Counted from the stretch's first letter, positions 52,776 through 63,274 are shown. The stretch: DNA of 64,000 nt from an uncultured Gemmatimonadales bacterium (GCA_963730185.1 CAVSQW010000007.1:320001-384000); one strand, 5' to 3'. Numbers and translations are program-made. The notes: generated by a model from the sequence alone, not told the origin.

Positions 52776-55567
52776 CGGGCCGCCCCGACCGCGAGGTATC
52801 CGGCCAGGTAGTGCCCGGTGTGCGAGTCGGGGTGCGCGGCGACCTTCTCAGGGGTGCCTTGGACCACCACCCGGCCGCCGTCGGGGCCGGCCCCGGGGCC
52901 GAGGTCCACGATCCAATCGGCCCGCTTGATGACGTCGAGGTGGTGCTCAATCACCAACACGGTATGCCCGGCGTCGACCAGGCGGTCCAGGACCCCGATC
53001 AACATCCGGACGTCGTCCAGATGGAGCCCCGTGGTGGGCTCGTCGAGCACATAGAGCTTCCGGCCGGTTCGCTTACCGGCCTGAATCAGCTCCCGGGCGA
53101 TCTTGAGCCGCTGGGCTTCACCGCCGGAGAGAGTGGTGGCCGGCTGACCCAGCCTCAGGTAGCCGAGGCCGACCTGCTTGAGCTGCCAGAGGGCGGCCCC
53201 GAGGTGGGGCTGATGGTGGAAGCGGGTAATGGCGTCGTCGATGGTCCACTGGAGTACGTCGTGGATCGACTGGTTCCGGATCTTGACGTCGAGCACCTCC
53301 CGCTTGAACCGGGTGCCGTTGCAGGCCTCGCAGGGGACGAAGACGTCGGCCAGGAAGACCATCTCCACCTGCACCTGGCCGGCGCCCTCGCACTGATCGC
53401 AGCGGCCGCCGCCGGTGTTGAACGAGAAGGTGGCGGGCGTGTAGCCCCGGGCGCGGGCGAGGGGCTGATCGGCGAAGAGCTCCCGGATCTCGTCGAACGC
53501 TTTGACGTAGGTGATCGGGTTGGAGCGGGGGGAGCGCCCGATCGGCGCCTGGTCGATCAGCACCACGTCCTGAAGCCACTCGGCGCCGGTGATCTCGTCG
53601 ACGGGTCCCACCACCTCGCCCAGATGCTGCTTGGCGCTGACCCGACCGCGGAGGCGGGACTCGAGCTGCCGGTAGAGCACGTCGTGAACGAGGGTGCTCT
53701 TCCCGGACCCCGAGACGCCCGTGACCGCGATCAGGGTGCCGAGCGGGAAGTCCGCGTCGACCCCGGTCAGGTTGTGAAGGGTGGCGCCCCGGATCCGGAG
53801 CCATTGCGATCCGGCCGGCTGCCGCCGCGCGCTCGGGACCCCGATCCGCTTCTCGCCCGAGAGATACTGTGCGGTCAGCGTCCCCTGCGCCTCCGCGACC
53901 GGCCCCGCATGCACCACTTCGCCGCCCCGCTCGCCGGAGCCCGGGCCGAGCTCGAGCATGAAGTCGGCCTGCTGGATGGCCGCCAGGTCGTGCTCGACCA
54001 CCAGGACGGTGTTCCCCGCGTCCCGAAGCCGGCGGAGCAGGCCGAGCAGGCGGTCGGTGTCGCGGGGGTGGAGCCCGATCGAGGGCTCGTCCAGGACGTA
54101 GAGGGTGTCGACCAACCGGGCGCCCAGCGCGTTGGCCAGGGCGATCCGCTGGGCCTCGCCGCCGGAGAGCGTTCGAGTCTGCCGCTCGAGCGAGAGGTAG
54201 CCCAGGCCGACGTCCATCAGAAACGTAACCCGGGCCTCCAGCTCGGCCAGGATGTCCATGCCGATGGCCCGTTCGTTGGGGGTGAGCTCCAGGGCGCGGA
54301 GCCACGCCGCCAGCTCGGCCAGGGAGCGGGCAGCCGCATCGGCGATGGTGTCGTCCCCGATCCGGACCGCGAGGGCCTGGGCGTTGAGCCGCTTGCCCCC
54401 GCAGGCCGGGCAGGTCTTGGCGAGTTGGTATTGCCGGAGGAAGACCCGGATGTACTGCTTGTACCGCTTCTCCTCCAGGCCCGTGAGGAAGGGGAAGACG
54501 CCCACGAAGCGGCCCACCTTGCCGTGGAGGAGCTCGCGCCGGACCGGCGCCTTGAGGCGGCGCCAGGGCGTCGTCGGATCGGCGCCGAGCTTCCGGGCCG
54601 CCTCGAGCAGCAGCCGGCGGCGGGTCTCGTAGCGGGGCTTGGTCCAGGGGTCGATCGCCCCGTCGAGCAGCGAGCGGTCGGGGTCGGGGACGATGAGCGA
54701 CTCGTCGTACTCCAGCACCGCCCCGAATCCGTTGCAGCCGCCGCAGGCTCCGCGGGGATTGTTGAAGGAAAACAGGGCCGGGGTCACCGCCAGTGCCGGG
54801 GTATCGCAGGCGCTGCAGGCGGGATGCTCGGTGAAGCGGAGCCGCCCCTCGGGGTAGAGGATCACCGCGACCCCCTCGCCCTCGGCCATGGCCTGGGCGA
54901 CCGACTCGGCCACCCGCGACTCGGCGGCCGCCGCCCGGCTGATCCGGTCGACCACCACCAGCAGGTCGGCCACCCCGTCGAGGTCGAGCCCCTCGGGAAG
55001 CTCGTCCAGGTGGAGGGCCTTACCGTCGGCCAGGAGCCGGAGATAGCCCAGGGCGCGGAGGTTCTCGACGATCGCGTCGTGGGCCAGCCGGGCGGAGGCC
55101 GGCAGCGGGAACCCGATCTGGATCGGCACGTCGCCCAGCGCGGCGACCCGGGCCGCGGCGGAGCCGGGCGTGTCCCGGGCCACCGGCGCGCCGCACGTCC
55201 GGCAATACTGCCGCCCCACCCGGGCCCAGAGGAGCCGGAGGAAGTCGTAGACCTCGGTGGCGGTGCCCACGGTCGAGCGGCTGGACACGGTGGGGTTCCG
55301 CTGTTCGATCGCCACGGCCGGGGCGATGCCCTCGATCCGGTCGACCGCCGGTTTGGGCATCCGCTCCAGGAACTGCTTCACGTAGGTCGAGAGCGACTCG
55401 ATGTATCGGCGCTGCCCCTCGGCGTAGATGGTGTCGAAGGCGAGCGAGCTCTTGCCCGAGCCGGACGGCCCGGTGATCACGATCAGCTGCCGGTGGGGCA
55501 GGTCGACCGTGATCCCCTTCAGGTTGTGCTGGCGGGCGTTGACCACGCGGAGGACGGAAAGCGACAC
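52772..55567 (-). CDS. uvrA: Excinuclease ABC subunit A
   Basis: ARQHNLK, GPSGSGKSSLAFDT.YAEGQRRY, Zn fingers, LSGGEAQR twice, LDEP, GVSGSGKS. Confidence 0.95.
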   Translation of the reverse strand: MSLSVLRVVNARQHNLKGITVDLPHRQLIVITGPSGSGKSSLAFDTIYAEGQRRYIESLSTYVKQFLERMPKPAVDRIEGIAPAVAIEQRNPTVSSRSTVGTATEVYDFLRLLWARVGRQYCRTCGAPVARDTPGSAAARVAALGDVPIQIGFPLPASARLAHDAIVENLRALGYLRLLADGKALHLDELPEGLDLDGVADLLVVVDRISRAAAAESRVAESVAQAMAEGEGVAVILYPEGRLRFTEHPACSACDTPALAVTPALFSFNNPRGACGGCNGFGAVLEYDESLIVPDPDRSLLDGAIDPWTKPRYETRRRLLLEAARKLGADPTTPWRRLKAPVRRELLHGKVGRFVGVFPFLTGLEEKRYKQYIRVFLRQYQLAKTCPACGGKRLNAQALAVRIGDDTIADAAARSLAELAAWLRALELTPNERAIGMDILAELEARVTFLMDVGLGYLSLERQTRTLSGGEAQRIALANALGARLVDTLYVLDEPSIGLHPRDTDRLLGLLRRLRDAGNTVLVVEHDLAAIQQADFMLELGPGSGERGGEVVHAGPVAEAQGTLTAQYLSGEKRIGVPSARRQPAGSQWLRIRGATLHNLTGVDADFPLGTLIAVTGVSGSGKSTLVHDVLYRQLESRLRGRVSAKQHLGEVVGPVDEITGAEWLQDVVLIDQAPIGRSPRSNPITYVKAFDEIRELFADQPLARARGYTPATFSFNTGGGRCDQCEGAGQVQVEMVFLADVFVPCEACNGTRFKREVLDVKIRNQSIHDVLQWTIDDAITRFHHQPHLGAALWQLKQVGLGYLRLGQPATTLSGGEAQRLKIARELIQAGKRTGRKLYVLDEPTTGLHLDDVRMLIGVLDRLVDAGHTVLVIEHHLDVIKRADWIVDLGPGAGPDGGRVVVQGTPEKVAAHPDSHTGHYLAGYLAVGAAR

Positions 55568-55638
55568 GAAGGGAATAATAGGCGGGCCGGGAAGCCCGGT
55601 CGCCGGGGGCGGACTGTCGCATTACGTTTCCCCGTTCC

Positions 55639-56706
55639 ATGGCGAAACTTCTCACCCCCAGGGTGCTCAGGCGGGGCTTCGAGCTCTTCCTGCTGGTCTC
55701 CCTGCTGAGCTTTCTCGGCCTGCTGTTCTACGGCCACAACACCACCGCGCTCCTCGAGGCGATCCCCCGGATCCGCTGGCGCTGGGTGATCCTGGGGCTC
55801 GGCCTGGCGTCGATGGACTGGATTGGGGGTGGGCTCCGGAACTGGGTGCTGGCTCGGAACGTGATGCCGAACCCGCCGCTCAAGGGGATGATTCTCTCCG
55901 GCGGGATGAGCGCCTGGGCGTCGTACATGACGCCGCTGCAGTCGGGGGCGGCCCCGATGATGGTCTATACCATGAAGCGGTACGGCGTGCCGGTCCCGGT
56001 GGGGCTGACGGTGACGCTGATGAGCTTCGTCGCGACGGTGGGGTTCTTCGCGCTGGCCGGCCCCTTGGCGATCGTCTTCGGAGCGGGCAAGTCGCTGGGG
56101 GCGCACGGCGTGGCGCTGGGCATCTCGCTTTATGACCTCTTCATCGCCAGCCTGAGCATCTTCTTCGCGCTGGGTGTGCTCCTGGTGGCGGTGATCCTCT
56201 TCCCCCGCCTGATCCGCAACCTGGTCCACAAGCTGGCCCTGGCCCTCGGCCGCCGAAGCCGGCGGATCGCGGCCCGGTTCGAGGGGCTCGAGCGGGGCAT
56301 CGACCAGACCCACGAGGCGGTCGCCAAGTTCAACTCGCCCCGGGGGTGGCTGGCGCTGTTCGGGGCGCTGATCCTCTCCGGTCCGTCGCACGCCAACAAG
56401 CTCCTGGCCGGCTACGTGGCGCTCCGGGCCATCGGGATCGAGGCGCACTTCGTCGACGTGCTCCTGCTCCAGACGTTCATCACCTTCATGCTCTACTTCG
56501 CGCCGACTCCCGGGGCGTCGGGCATCGCCGAGATCATCTCGGCCGCGGTGATGTCGATCTACGTGCCCCGCGAGCTGACGCCGCTCTACACGCTGCTCTG
56601 GCGGCTGGTGATCAGCTACTACACCATCGCGTTCGGCGCCTTTGTCTTCTCCGGCTGGGTGCGGCAGGGGCTCAAGGGCATCGAGGGCGAGCCCGCGGCG
56701 GTGTGA
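55639..56706 (+). CDS. Lysylphosphatidylglycerol synthase TM / flippase-like protein
   Basis: TP.QSG, APTPGASGIAE, LLWRL.SYY; multi-TM. Confidence 0.85.
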   Translation: MAKLLTPRVLRRGFELFLLVSLLSFLGLLFYGHNTTALLEAIPRIRWRWVILGLGLASMDWIGGGLRNWVLARNVMPNPPLKGMILSGGMSAWASYMTPLQSGAAPMMVYTMKRYGVPVPVGLTVTLMSFVATVGFFALAGPLAIVFGAGKSLGAHGVALGISLYDLFIASLSIFFALGVLLVAVILFPRLIRNLVHKLALALGRRSRRIAARFEGLERGIDQTHEAVAKFNSPRGWLALFGALILSGPSHANKLLAGYVALRAIGIEAHFVDVLLLQTFITFMLYFAPTPGASGIAEIISAAVMSIYVPRELTPLYTLLWRLVISYYTIAFGAFVFSGWVRQGLKGIEGEPAAV

Positions 56707-58482
56707 CCGAGGTCGATCAGGACGAGCTGCCGGCCGAGGGGTTCGATCGCCGGCTGCTGGTGCGGCTGCTTCGTTACCTCAAGCCCTACCGGCCCTGGCT
56801 GGCGGGGTCCTTGGGTCTGCTCCTCCTCCAGGCGGGCCTCACCATCGTCGGCCCGGTGCTCACCCAGCGAGCGCTGGATCGAGCCACCCCCTCCCGCGAC
56901 GGCGCGCTGCTCCTCCGCTATTCGCTGCTCTACGTCGGCGCCCTGTTCCTGAGCTTCGGAGTGCAGTACGGCGACGCCCTCCTCACCGTTCGGATCGGGC
57001 AGCGGGTGATGTACGATCTCCGGATGGAGATCTTCCGCCACCTCCAGCGGCTCAGCGTCCCGTTCTTCGACCGGAACCCGGTCGGTCGGCTGATGACCCG
57101 GGTCACCGCGGACGTCGAGACCCTGAACGAGCTGTTCTCGTCGGGGGTGGTGACGGTCTTCGGCGACCTCTTCACGCTCGGTGCGATCACGGCGCTGATG
57201 CTGGCCACGGCTGGCGGCTCGCACTGGTCGCGTTCGCGGTGGTGCCGATGCTCTGGCTGGTGGTGACGGGGTTCCGGGGCCGGGTGCGGGAAGCCTTCCG
57301 ACATTCGGGCCCGGGTTGCCCGGCTCAACGCCTTCCTCCAGGAGCACTTGAGCGGGATCCGGGTGGTGCAGCTCTTCGGGCGGGAGCGGGACGCGGCCGA
57401 CCGGTTCGAGCGGGTCAATCGCGACCATCTGTCGGCCCACCTTCGCTCGATCACCATTTACGCCGTGTTCTTCCCGATGGTCGAGCTGGTGACTGCCATC
57501 GCGACGGCGCTGCTGCTCGATGTCGGGGGGCGGCGAATCGTCGGCGGGACGCTGACCATTGGCGTCCTGGCCGCGTTCATCCAGCTGACCCGACGGTTCT
57601 TCACTCCGCTCCAGGACCTTTCGGAGAAGGTCAACCTGATTCAGAGCGCGATGGCCAGCTCGGAGCGGGTGTTCCGGCTGCTCGACACGCCGGTGACCGT
57701 GGTGGAGCCGGCCCGGCCCCGCCCGCTTCCCCGTGCCGGTCCGGGGCGAGATCGGGCTCGAGCACGTGTGGTTCCGCTATTCGCCGACCGGGCCGTGGGT
57801 GCTCCGGGACGTGAGCTTTCGAGTGGCCGCCGGAAGCACGACGGCGATCGTGGGGCACACGGGTGCCGGGAAATCCACGATCATCAGCCTCCTGCTCCGC
57901 TTCTACGATCCGACCGAGGGCCGGGTGACCCTCGACGGGGTGGAGCTCCGCGAGCTCGCTCTGGCCGATCTCCGGGCCCAGTTCGGTTTCGTGCAACAGG
58001 ACCTCTTTCTCTTCACCGGCGACATCCTCCGCAACCTGGCCCTCGATCCCGCGACGACCGAAGGGCGCGTGCGCGAGGCCACCTCGCGGGTCGGGATCGC
58101 GCCGTTCCTGGACCGGCTGCCAGGCGGGCTCCGGCACGTGCTCTCGGAGCGAGGCCGGAACCTCAGTATGGGCGAGCGGCAGCTCCTGAGCTTCGCCCGG
58201 GCGTTGGCTCGCGATCCTCGGATCCTGATCCTCGACGAGGCCACCAGCTCGGTGGACTCGGAGGCCGAGGCGCGAATCGAGCGGGGAACGGCCGAGCTGA
58301 TGGCCGGGCGGACCTCGGTGGTGGTGGCGCACCGTCTCAGCACGGTGCAGCACGCGGACGAGATCCTGGTTCTTCATCGGGGCGAGCTGGTGGAGCGGGG
58401 GCGGCACGCCGACCTGGTTTCGAGGGGTGGGGTGTACGAGCGCCTCTACCGGCTCCAGACTGGGACTGTGAATCGTGGCTAA
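56703..58482 (+). pseudogene. ABC exporter (TMD-NBD fusion) with three apparent frameshifts
   Basis: FFDRNPVGRLMTR, Walker A GHTGAGKS, LSMGERQ, LILDEATS, VAHRLST spread across frames; shifts near 57209, 57300 and 57730. May be sequencing errors. Confidence 0.75.
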
Positions 58483-58618
58483 ATTGCGATTTTCCCAGCA
58501 CTTGGGCGTGATCGGCCCGGGCGGGCCCGCCGAGAGCCCGAGCCTGGGTGATTGCTTGCAAACCCCCTTGTCTCGGCCTACGTTTGATGCCCGTTGTTCG
58601 AACAGGAACACGCTACGC

Positions 58619-59929
58619 ATGCAGCTTGAGCACGGCGGACAACCCTATACCGTGGCCGCCGATGACGTTGTTATCGGCTCGGATCCCAGCGTCACGGTCC
58701 GGCTCGCCGGCTCACACGTGCTCCCTCGCCACGCGGTGGTGCGGCGACTCGGTGGCGGGCTGCTGGTCGTGCTCCCCGCCGTGCCCGAGGCGGAAATCCG
58801 GGTGAATGGAGCCCGGATTGGCGTCGACCCCACTCCTCTCATGCACGGCGACCGGATCGTGATCGGCGGCCAGGAGATCCGCGTTTCGGATCCGGCCCGC
58901 CAGGGAGCGACCCGCGAGGTGAAGACCGCGCGGCTCCCGAGCGATGCCGGGCCGCCGGCGGGCGCCCCGCCCCCAGTGCCGGCGGCCCGGCCCCCCGCGC
59001 CGCCGCCGGCCTCGGGCGGCCCGGGTGGCCGCTTGGTGAGCCTGACAGACGGGCGGGAGTACCCGTTGGGGGCGGTCCCGTTCGTCTTCGGCCGGGACGC
59101 GACGGCCGAGGTGGTGATCGCTTCGCCGGACGCGTCCCGCCGGCACGCGGAGATCGTGTCCCGCCCGGACGGCGACGTGCTGGTTGACCTGAGCGCCAAC
59201 GGGACCCACGTCAACGGGAAGCCGATCGACGGCCGTCACCCGCTCAAGGCCCTCGACGTGATCCGGATCGGCGCCGAAGAGTTCCGGTACTATCCGGCGG
59301 CCCCGAAAGCCGAGCCGGTCGCTCCGCCCGCCGGTGCCCAGTACCGCCTCGGCGACACCCTGGTCGGCCTTCCCTCGTTCACTCCTCCCGGTACCCGCCC
59401 CGCTCCCCGACCCACCCGTCCCCTCGCGTCGCTCCTGGTCAAGCAGGGCGAGCTCAAGGGCGACCGGCTGGCCGTCCGGTCGCCGGTGGTGAACATCGGC
59501 CGGGCGGAGTACAACGACCTCAAGCTGCCCGACGTGAGCGTGAGCTCGAGCCACGCGAAGCTGCAGCTCCGGGAGGGAGTCTGGGTGCTGTCCGATCTGG
59601 GATCGACCAACGGGACCTTCGTCGACGGCGTGCCGGTCGACGAGGAAACCGCGCTCTCGCCCGGGTGCATCGTGCGGGTCGGCGAGGTGGGACTGCTGTT
59701 CGAGCCCCAGGACGAGTCGCCGGCCCGGGCGCCGGGGACGGCGGTGCTGGAGCGGCCGGTGGCGGCCCAGGTGCCCAGCGCGCCGGCCGCCCGGGCTCCG
59801 AGCCGGCCGGCGGCCCGGCCGGCGGCGCCGTCGGCCGCGCCGCCTCCCGCGGCGCGCAACACCGGACTGCTGGTGCTCGGCGTGGTGTTCGTGCTGGCAG
59901 CGCTCATCGCTTTGGTGATCCTCCTTTAG
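58619..59929 (+). CDS. Triple-FHA-domain membrane-anchored protein
   Basis: IGSD...VLPRHA (degenerate), FGRD...ASRRHA...SANGT, IGRA...VSSSHA...STNGT; Pro-rich linkers; C-terminal TM. Confidence 0.9.
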   Translation: MQLEHGGQPYTVAADDVVIGSDPSVTVRLAGSHVLPRHAVVRRLGGGLLVVLPAVPEAEIRVNGARIGVDPTPLMHGDRIVIGGQEIRVSDPARQGATREVKTARLPSDAGPPAGAPPPVPAARPPAPPPASGGPGGRLVSLTDGREYPLGAVPFVFGRDATAEVVIASPDASRRHAEIVSRPDGDVLVDLSANGTHVNGKPIDGRHPLKALDVIRIGAEEFRYYPAAPKAEPVAPPAGAQYRLGDTLVGLPSFTPPGTRPAPRPTRPLASLLVKQGELKGDRLAVRSPVVNIGRAEYNDLKLPDVSVSSSHAKLQLREGVWVLSDLGSTNGTFVDGVPVDEETALSPGCIVRVGEVGLLFEPQDESPARAPGTAVLERPVAAQVPSAPAARAPSRPAARPAAPSAAPPPAARNTGLLVLGVVFVLAALIALVILL

Positions 59930-59936
59930 CCCGCCC

Positions 59937-60695
59937 ATGCTGATCTCCTGCGCCGGTGACACCCACGTCGGGGTGGTGCGAAGCGGAAACGAGGACAGCT
60001 TCCTGCTCGACTTCCAGCAGGGCGTCTTCATCGTGGCCGACGGCATGGGCGGGCACGCCGCCGGCGAGGTCGCGAGCGAGATGGCGGTCGAGATCATCGC
60101 GCGGGAGCTGGGCTCGATGCGGGGCCTCGACGCCGCCGCGGCCGGCGACCGGATGCGAAACGCGATCCGGGTGGCCAACGGCGCGATCTTCGACCGGACC
60201 CTGGCCGAAGCCGACAAACGGGGCATGGGGACCACCACCACGGTGCTGGTCCTCTTCAGCGGCCGCTACCTGATCGGCCAGGTGGGTGACAGCCGGGCCT
60301 ATATGCTCCGGGACCAGACGCTCCACCAACTCACCAAGGACCACAGCTACGTCCAAGAGCAAGTCGACGCCGGGTTGCTCACCGCCGAACAGGCCCGGAC
60401 CCATCCCTACAGCAACGTGATCACCCGCTGCGTGGGGGCCAATGAGGACGTGGTGCCTGACGTCTACTTCGGCGACCTGGCCAGCGGCGACGTCATCCTG
60501 CTCGCGTCCGACGGGCTGACCGGCATGCTGGAAGACGAACACCTCGCCAAGATCCTGTCGAGCGATGGTAACCCGGCCACCTGGGTCAGCCGGATGATCG
60601 CCGAGGCCAATCGGCGCGGCGGACTCGACAACATCACCGCCATCATCGTCCGGGTCGACGAGGCCGACACGCCGGCTCGAACCTCGGCGGGATGA
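59937..60695 (+). CDS. Stp1/IreP PP2C phosphatase
   Basis: TH.G.VR..NED, VADGMGGHAAGEVAS, GMGTT, VGDSR, SDGL, GGLDNIT. Confidence 0.95.
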   Translation: MLISCAGDTHVGVVRSGNEDSFLLDFQQGVFIVADGMGGHAAGEVASEMAVEIIARELGSMRGLDAAAAGDRMRNAIRVANGAIFDRTLAEADKRGMGTTTTVLVLFSGRYLIGQVGDSRAYMLRDQTLHQLTKDHSYVQEQVDAGLLTAEQARTHPYSNVITRCVGANEDVVPDVYFGDLASGDVILLASDGLTGMLEDEHLAKILSSDGNPATWVSRMIAEANRRGGLDNITAIIVRVDEADTPARTSAG

Positions 60696-61927
60696 GGCTC
60701 GCCGGGCCGGCCGCCGCCCGGATCGGGATCCAGGAGCTCCGCGGCAACCCCCTTCGCGCCATCCTCTCCACGCTGGGCATCGTCATGGGCGTCGCCGCCC
60801 TGGTCGCCGTCTTGTCGGTTGGCGATGGGGTCGAGCGCTTCGCCCGTGATCAGGTCGCCGCGACCACAGACATTCAGGCGGTCGCAGTCCAGGCCGTGGC
60901 GACCCGCGAAGTGGACGGCGTCCAGCTGCCGGTCGCGGACTTCCCGGCCCTCGGCCCCGCCGACGCGGCCGGCCTGGCTGCCGCCGTTCCGGCGGGAACC
61001 CGGGTCGTGCTCCAGCTCAACGGGTCGGGCTTCGTCCGGGCGGCGGGTTGGGACCGCCCCCGGGCCGCGGTGGTCGTCGCCTCGGCCGGCCCTGCCGATA
61101 CGGCCGGTCTGGGCGCCGGACGGCCGGTCTCGGAGGAGGAGGCCCGGGCCGGCGCCCGGGTTGCGGTCGTGGGTCACGCGCTCGCGGCGGCGCTGGCCGG
61201 GGACGGGCCGGCCGCCGGGGCCATCGGCGACACCATCGTGGTCGGCTCGATCCCGGTGGTCGTGATCGGCGTTGCCCGGGCCCGGGCGGGCGAGAAGGTC
61301 TTTCAGCTCCGCGTCCCCTTTCCGTTGGCCGATTCGGCCCTGGTGCCGTCCGATCGGCCCCGGCCCGCCTCCCTCTTTGCCGTGGCGCCCCGGATCGAAG
61401 ACGTGGACGCGCTCCGACGCACCGTCCGCGACTGGGTGGGAGGCCACGACTCGGGGTGGACCGCCGGGGTTCGGGTCATCAGCAATCAGGGGCGGTTGGC
61501 TCAGGCGGAGCAGGGTGTCCTGATCTTCAAGATGCTGATGGGCACGATTGCGGGCGTGTCGCTGGTGGTGGGCGGGATCGGGATCATGAACGTGTTGCTG
61601 GCCTCGGTGGCCGAACGGACCCGGGAGATCGGGATCCGGAAGGCGGCGGGCGCCCGCCAGCGCGACGTGCTGCTCCAGTTCCTGGCCGAATCGGTCGCGA
61701 TTTCCGGGATCGGGAGCTTCCTCGGGGCGGGGTTGGGCTTCGGCGCGGCGATCGCCGCGACGGCGGTCATGCGGCTCCGAGCGGCGGCGCCGATCCGGGC
61801 GGGATGGAGCTGGTCGACACTGGCGGTCGCGGCCGGGGCCGCCGTCCTGGTGGGCATCGTGTTCGGGCTCTATCCCGCCCTTCGAGCCGCCCGGCTCGAT
61901 CCAATCGAAGCGATCCGGCACGACTAG
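60692..61927 (+). CDS. MacB/FtsX-like ABC permease
   Basis: LR..LSTLGI.MGVAA, SLVVGGIGIMNVLLASV.ERTREIGIRKA.GA, YPA.RAARLDPIEA.R. Confidence 0.92.
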   Translation: MRLAGPAAARIGIQELRGNPLRAILSTLGIVMGVAALVAVLSVGDGVERFARDQVAATTDIQAVAVQAVATREVDGVQLPVADFPALGPADAAGLAAAVPAGTRVVLQLNGSGFVRAAGWDRPRAAVVVASAGPADTAGLGAGRPVSEEEARAGARVAVVGHALAAALAGDGPAAGAIGDTIVVGSIPVVVIGVARARAGEKVFQLRVPFPLADSALVPSDRPRPASLFAVAPRIEDVDALRRTVRDWVGGHDSGWTAGVRVISNQGRLAQAEQGVLIFKMLMGTIAGVSLVVGGIGIMNVLLASVAERTREIGIRKAAGARQRDVLLQFLAESVAISGIGSFLGAGLGFGAAIAATAVMRLRAAAPIRAGWSWSTLAVAAGAAVLVGIVFGLYPALRAARLDPIEAIRHD

Positions 61928-62005
61928 CCCACATCCCGTCCGCCCCGGCCGTTCGACGCCAACGACGGCCTCGGCCGGCGAGGGTAACCCGCCGTCCCGG
62001 TCTCG

Positions 62006-63274
62006 TCAGCCGAGGAGCGGTTTCCCGTTCTGGAGCCGGCGGCGCACCTCGACATCCGACCAGGTCACCAGCCCGATGACCCCGGTGACCGCCCCGGTGG
62101 CCGGGCGGGCGGTGAACACCCGGAGTCGGCGGGCGCTCCGATAGAGCTCGCTCGCGATTCGGGGCAAGCCCAGCTGTCCCGCCCGTCCCTCGTCGGTGAG
62201 GCGCTCGATTTGTCCAGTCCTGGTCCGGAGCGGCAGGTCCACCGCCAGCATCGACTCGCGCTCGGGGAAGTCGAGCAGCAGCTCCGACGGTGAAAGCCCC
62301 ACCTCGGCCGCCAAGGCATCCTCCACCTGCTCGAGCAGGTCCACGTCGCCAGTGACCCAGGGTTGCGCCTGGCCGGGCACGTCGCTCGCCGGCAGGTCCA
62401 GGGCCCGTTTGTAGAGCCGCCGGCCATGCACCGCCGCGGCCAGCCCCGACGGGTCGGCGCCGAGCAGCTGCTCCATCAGCGAGCCGTCGGTGGCATTGGC
62501 GATCGCCGCCGGGTCGACGAGTCCGGCCCGGACGGCGAGTCGGACCGCCCGCTTGAACATGCAGGTGGCGGAGCGGACCGCGTGATGCCAATACACGTTT
62601 CGGTACATCTGATACTTCGCGAAGAGCAGCGTCTCGAGCGCGCTGACGCCTTTCTCGAGCACTCCGATCTCGAACCGGCCGTCCTCGACCCGGACCAGGG
62701 TGAGCGCCGCCAGCAGCCGGTCCACGTCGAGCATGCCGTACGGCACCCCGCAGGCCCGGGCATCGCGGCTCAGATAGTCGATCTTGTCGAGGTCGAGCGT
62801 CCCGCTGATGAGCCCCTGGAGCGGGCTGGCGGAGCGGCCCTGGATCAGGTCGCCTACCGCCGGGGCCAGGGCGGGACCGCCCAGCCGGGTCAGGGCCTCG
62901 CCCAGCTCTCCCGTGGTGAGGCGCGCGACCCCGAGGGCCTCGTGGTGTGCGAACCCGGCCTCCTCCAGACCATGGGAGAAGGGATAGTGCCCGATGTCAT
63001 GCAGGAGCGCCGCCAGCCGCACGGCCGGGGCCTGAGCGTCGTCTTCCGGCCGGAGCAAACCGCGTTGACGGAGGGTGGTGAGTGCCCGGCCGGTCAGGTG
63101 GTAGGCGCCGAGCGCATGCTCGAACCGCGTGTGCGTGGCGCCCGGATAGACGAGGAAGGCGTGCCCGAGCTGACGGACGTAGCGGAGCCGCTGGACGGGC
63201 GGGGTATCGAGCACCGCCATGGCCGCGTCGTCGAGCTCGATGTTGTCCCAGAGCGGGTCGCGGATGATATCCAT
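62006..63274 (-). CDS. HD-domain phosphohydrolase (SAMHD1/YdhJ-like dNTPase family)
   Basis: QRLR..RQLG, YPGA.HTRFEH, ALLHDIGH.PFSH, DLDKIDYL.RD, MY..VY.H. Confidence 0.9.
   Translation of the reverse strand: MDIIRDPLWDNIELDDAAMAVLDTPPVQRLRYVRQLGHAFLVYPGATHTRFEHALGAYHLTGRALTTLRQRGLLRPEDDAQAPAVRLAALLHDIGHYPFSHGLEEAGFAHHEALGVARLTTGELGEALTRLGGPALAPAVGDLIQGRSASPLQGLISGTLDLDKIDYLSRDARACGVPYGMLDVDRLLAALTLVRVEDGRFEIGVLEKGVSALETLLFAKYQMYRNVYWHHAVRSATCMFKRAVRLAVRAGLVDPAAIANATDGSLMEQLLGADPSGLAAAVHGRRLYKRALDLPASDVPGQAQPWVTGDVDLLEQVEDALAAEVGLSPSELLLDFPERESMLAVDLPLRTRTGQIERLTDEGRAGQLGLPRIASELYRSARRLRVFTARPATGAVTGVIGLVTWSDVEVRRRLQNGKPLLG

Noticed and set aside
62006..63274. Anti-phage dNTPase defence system
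   Set aside because: Sits directly downstream of pckA in a housekeeping context with host-like composition and no defence neighbours.
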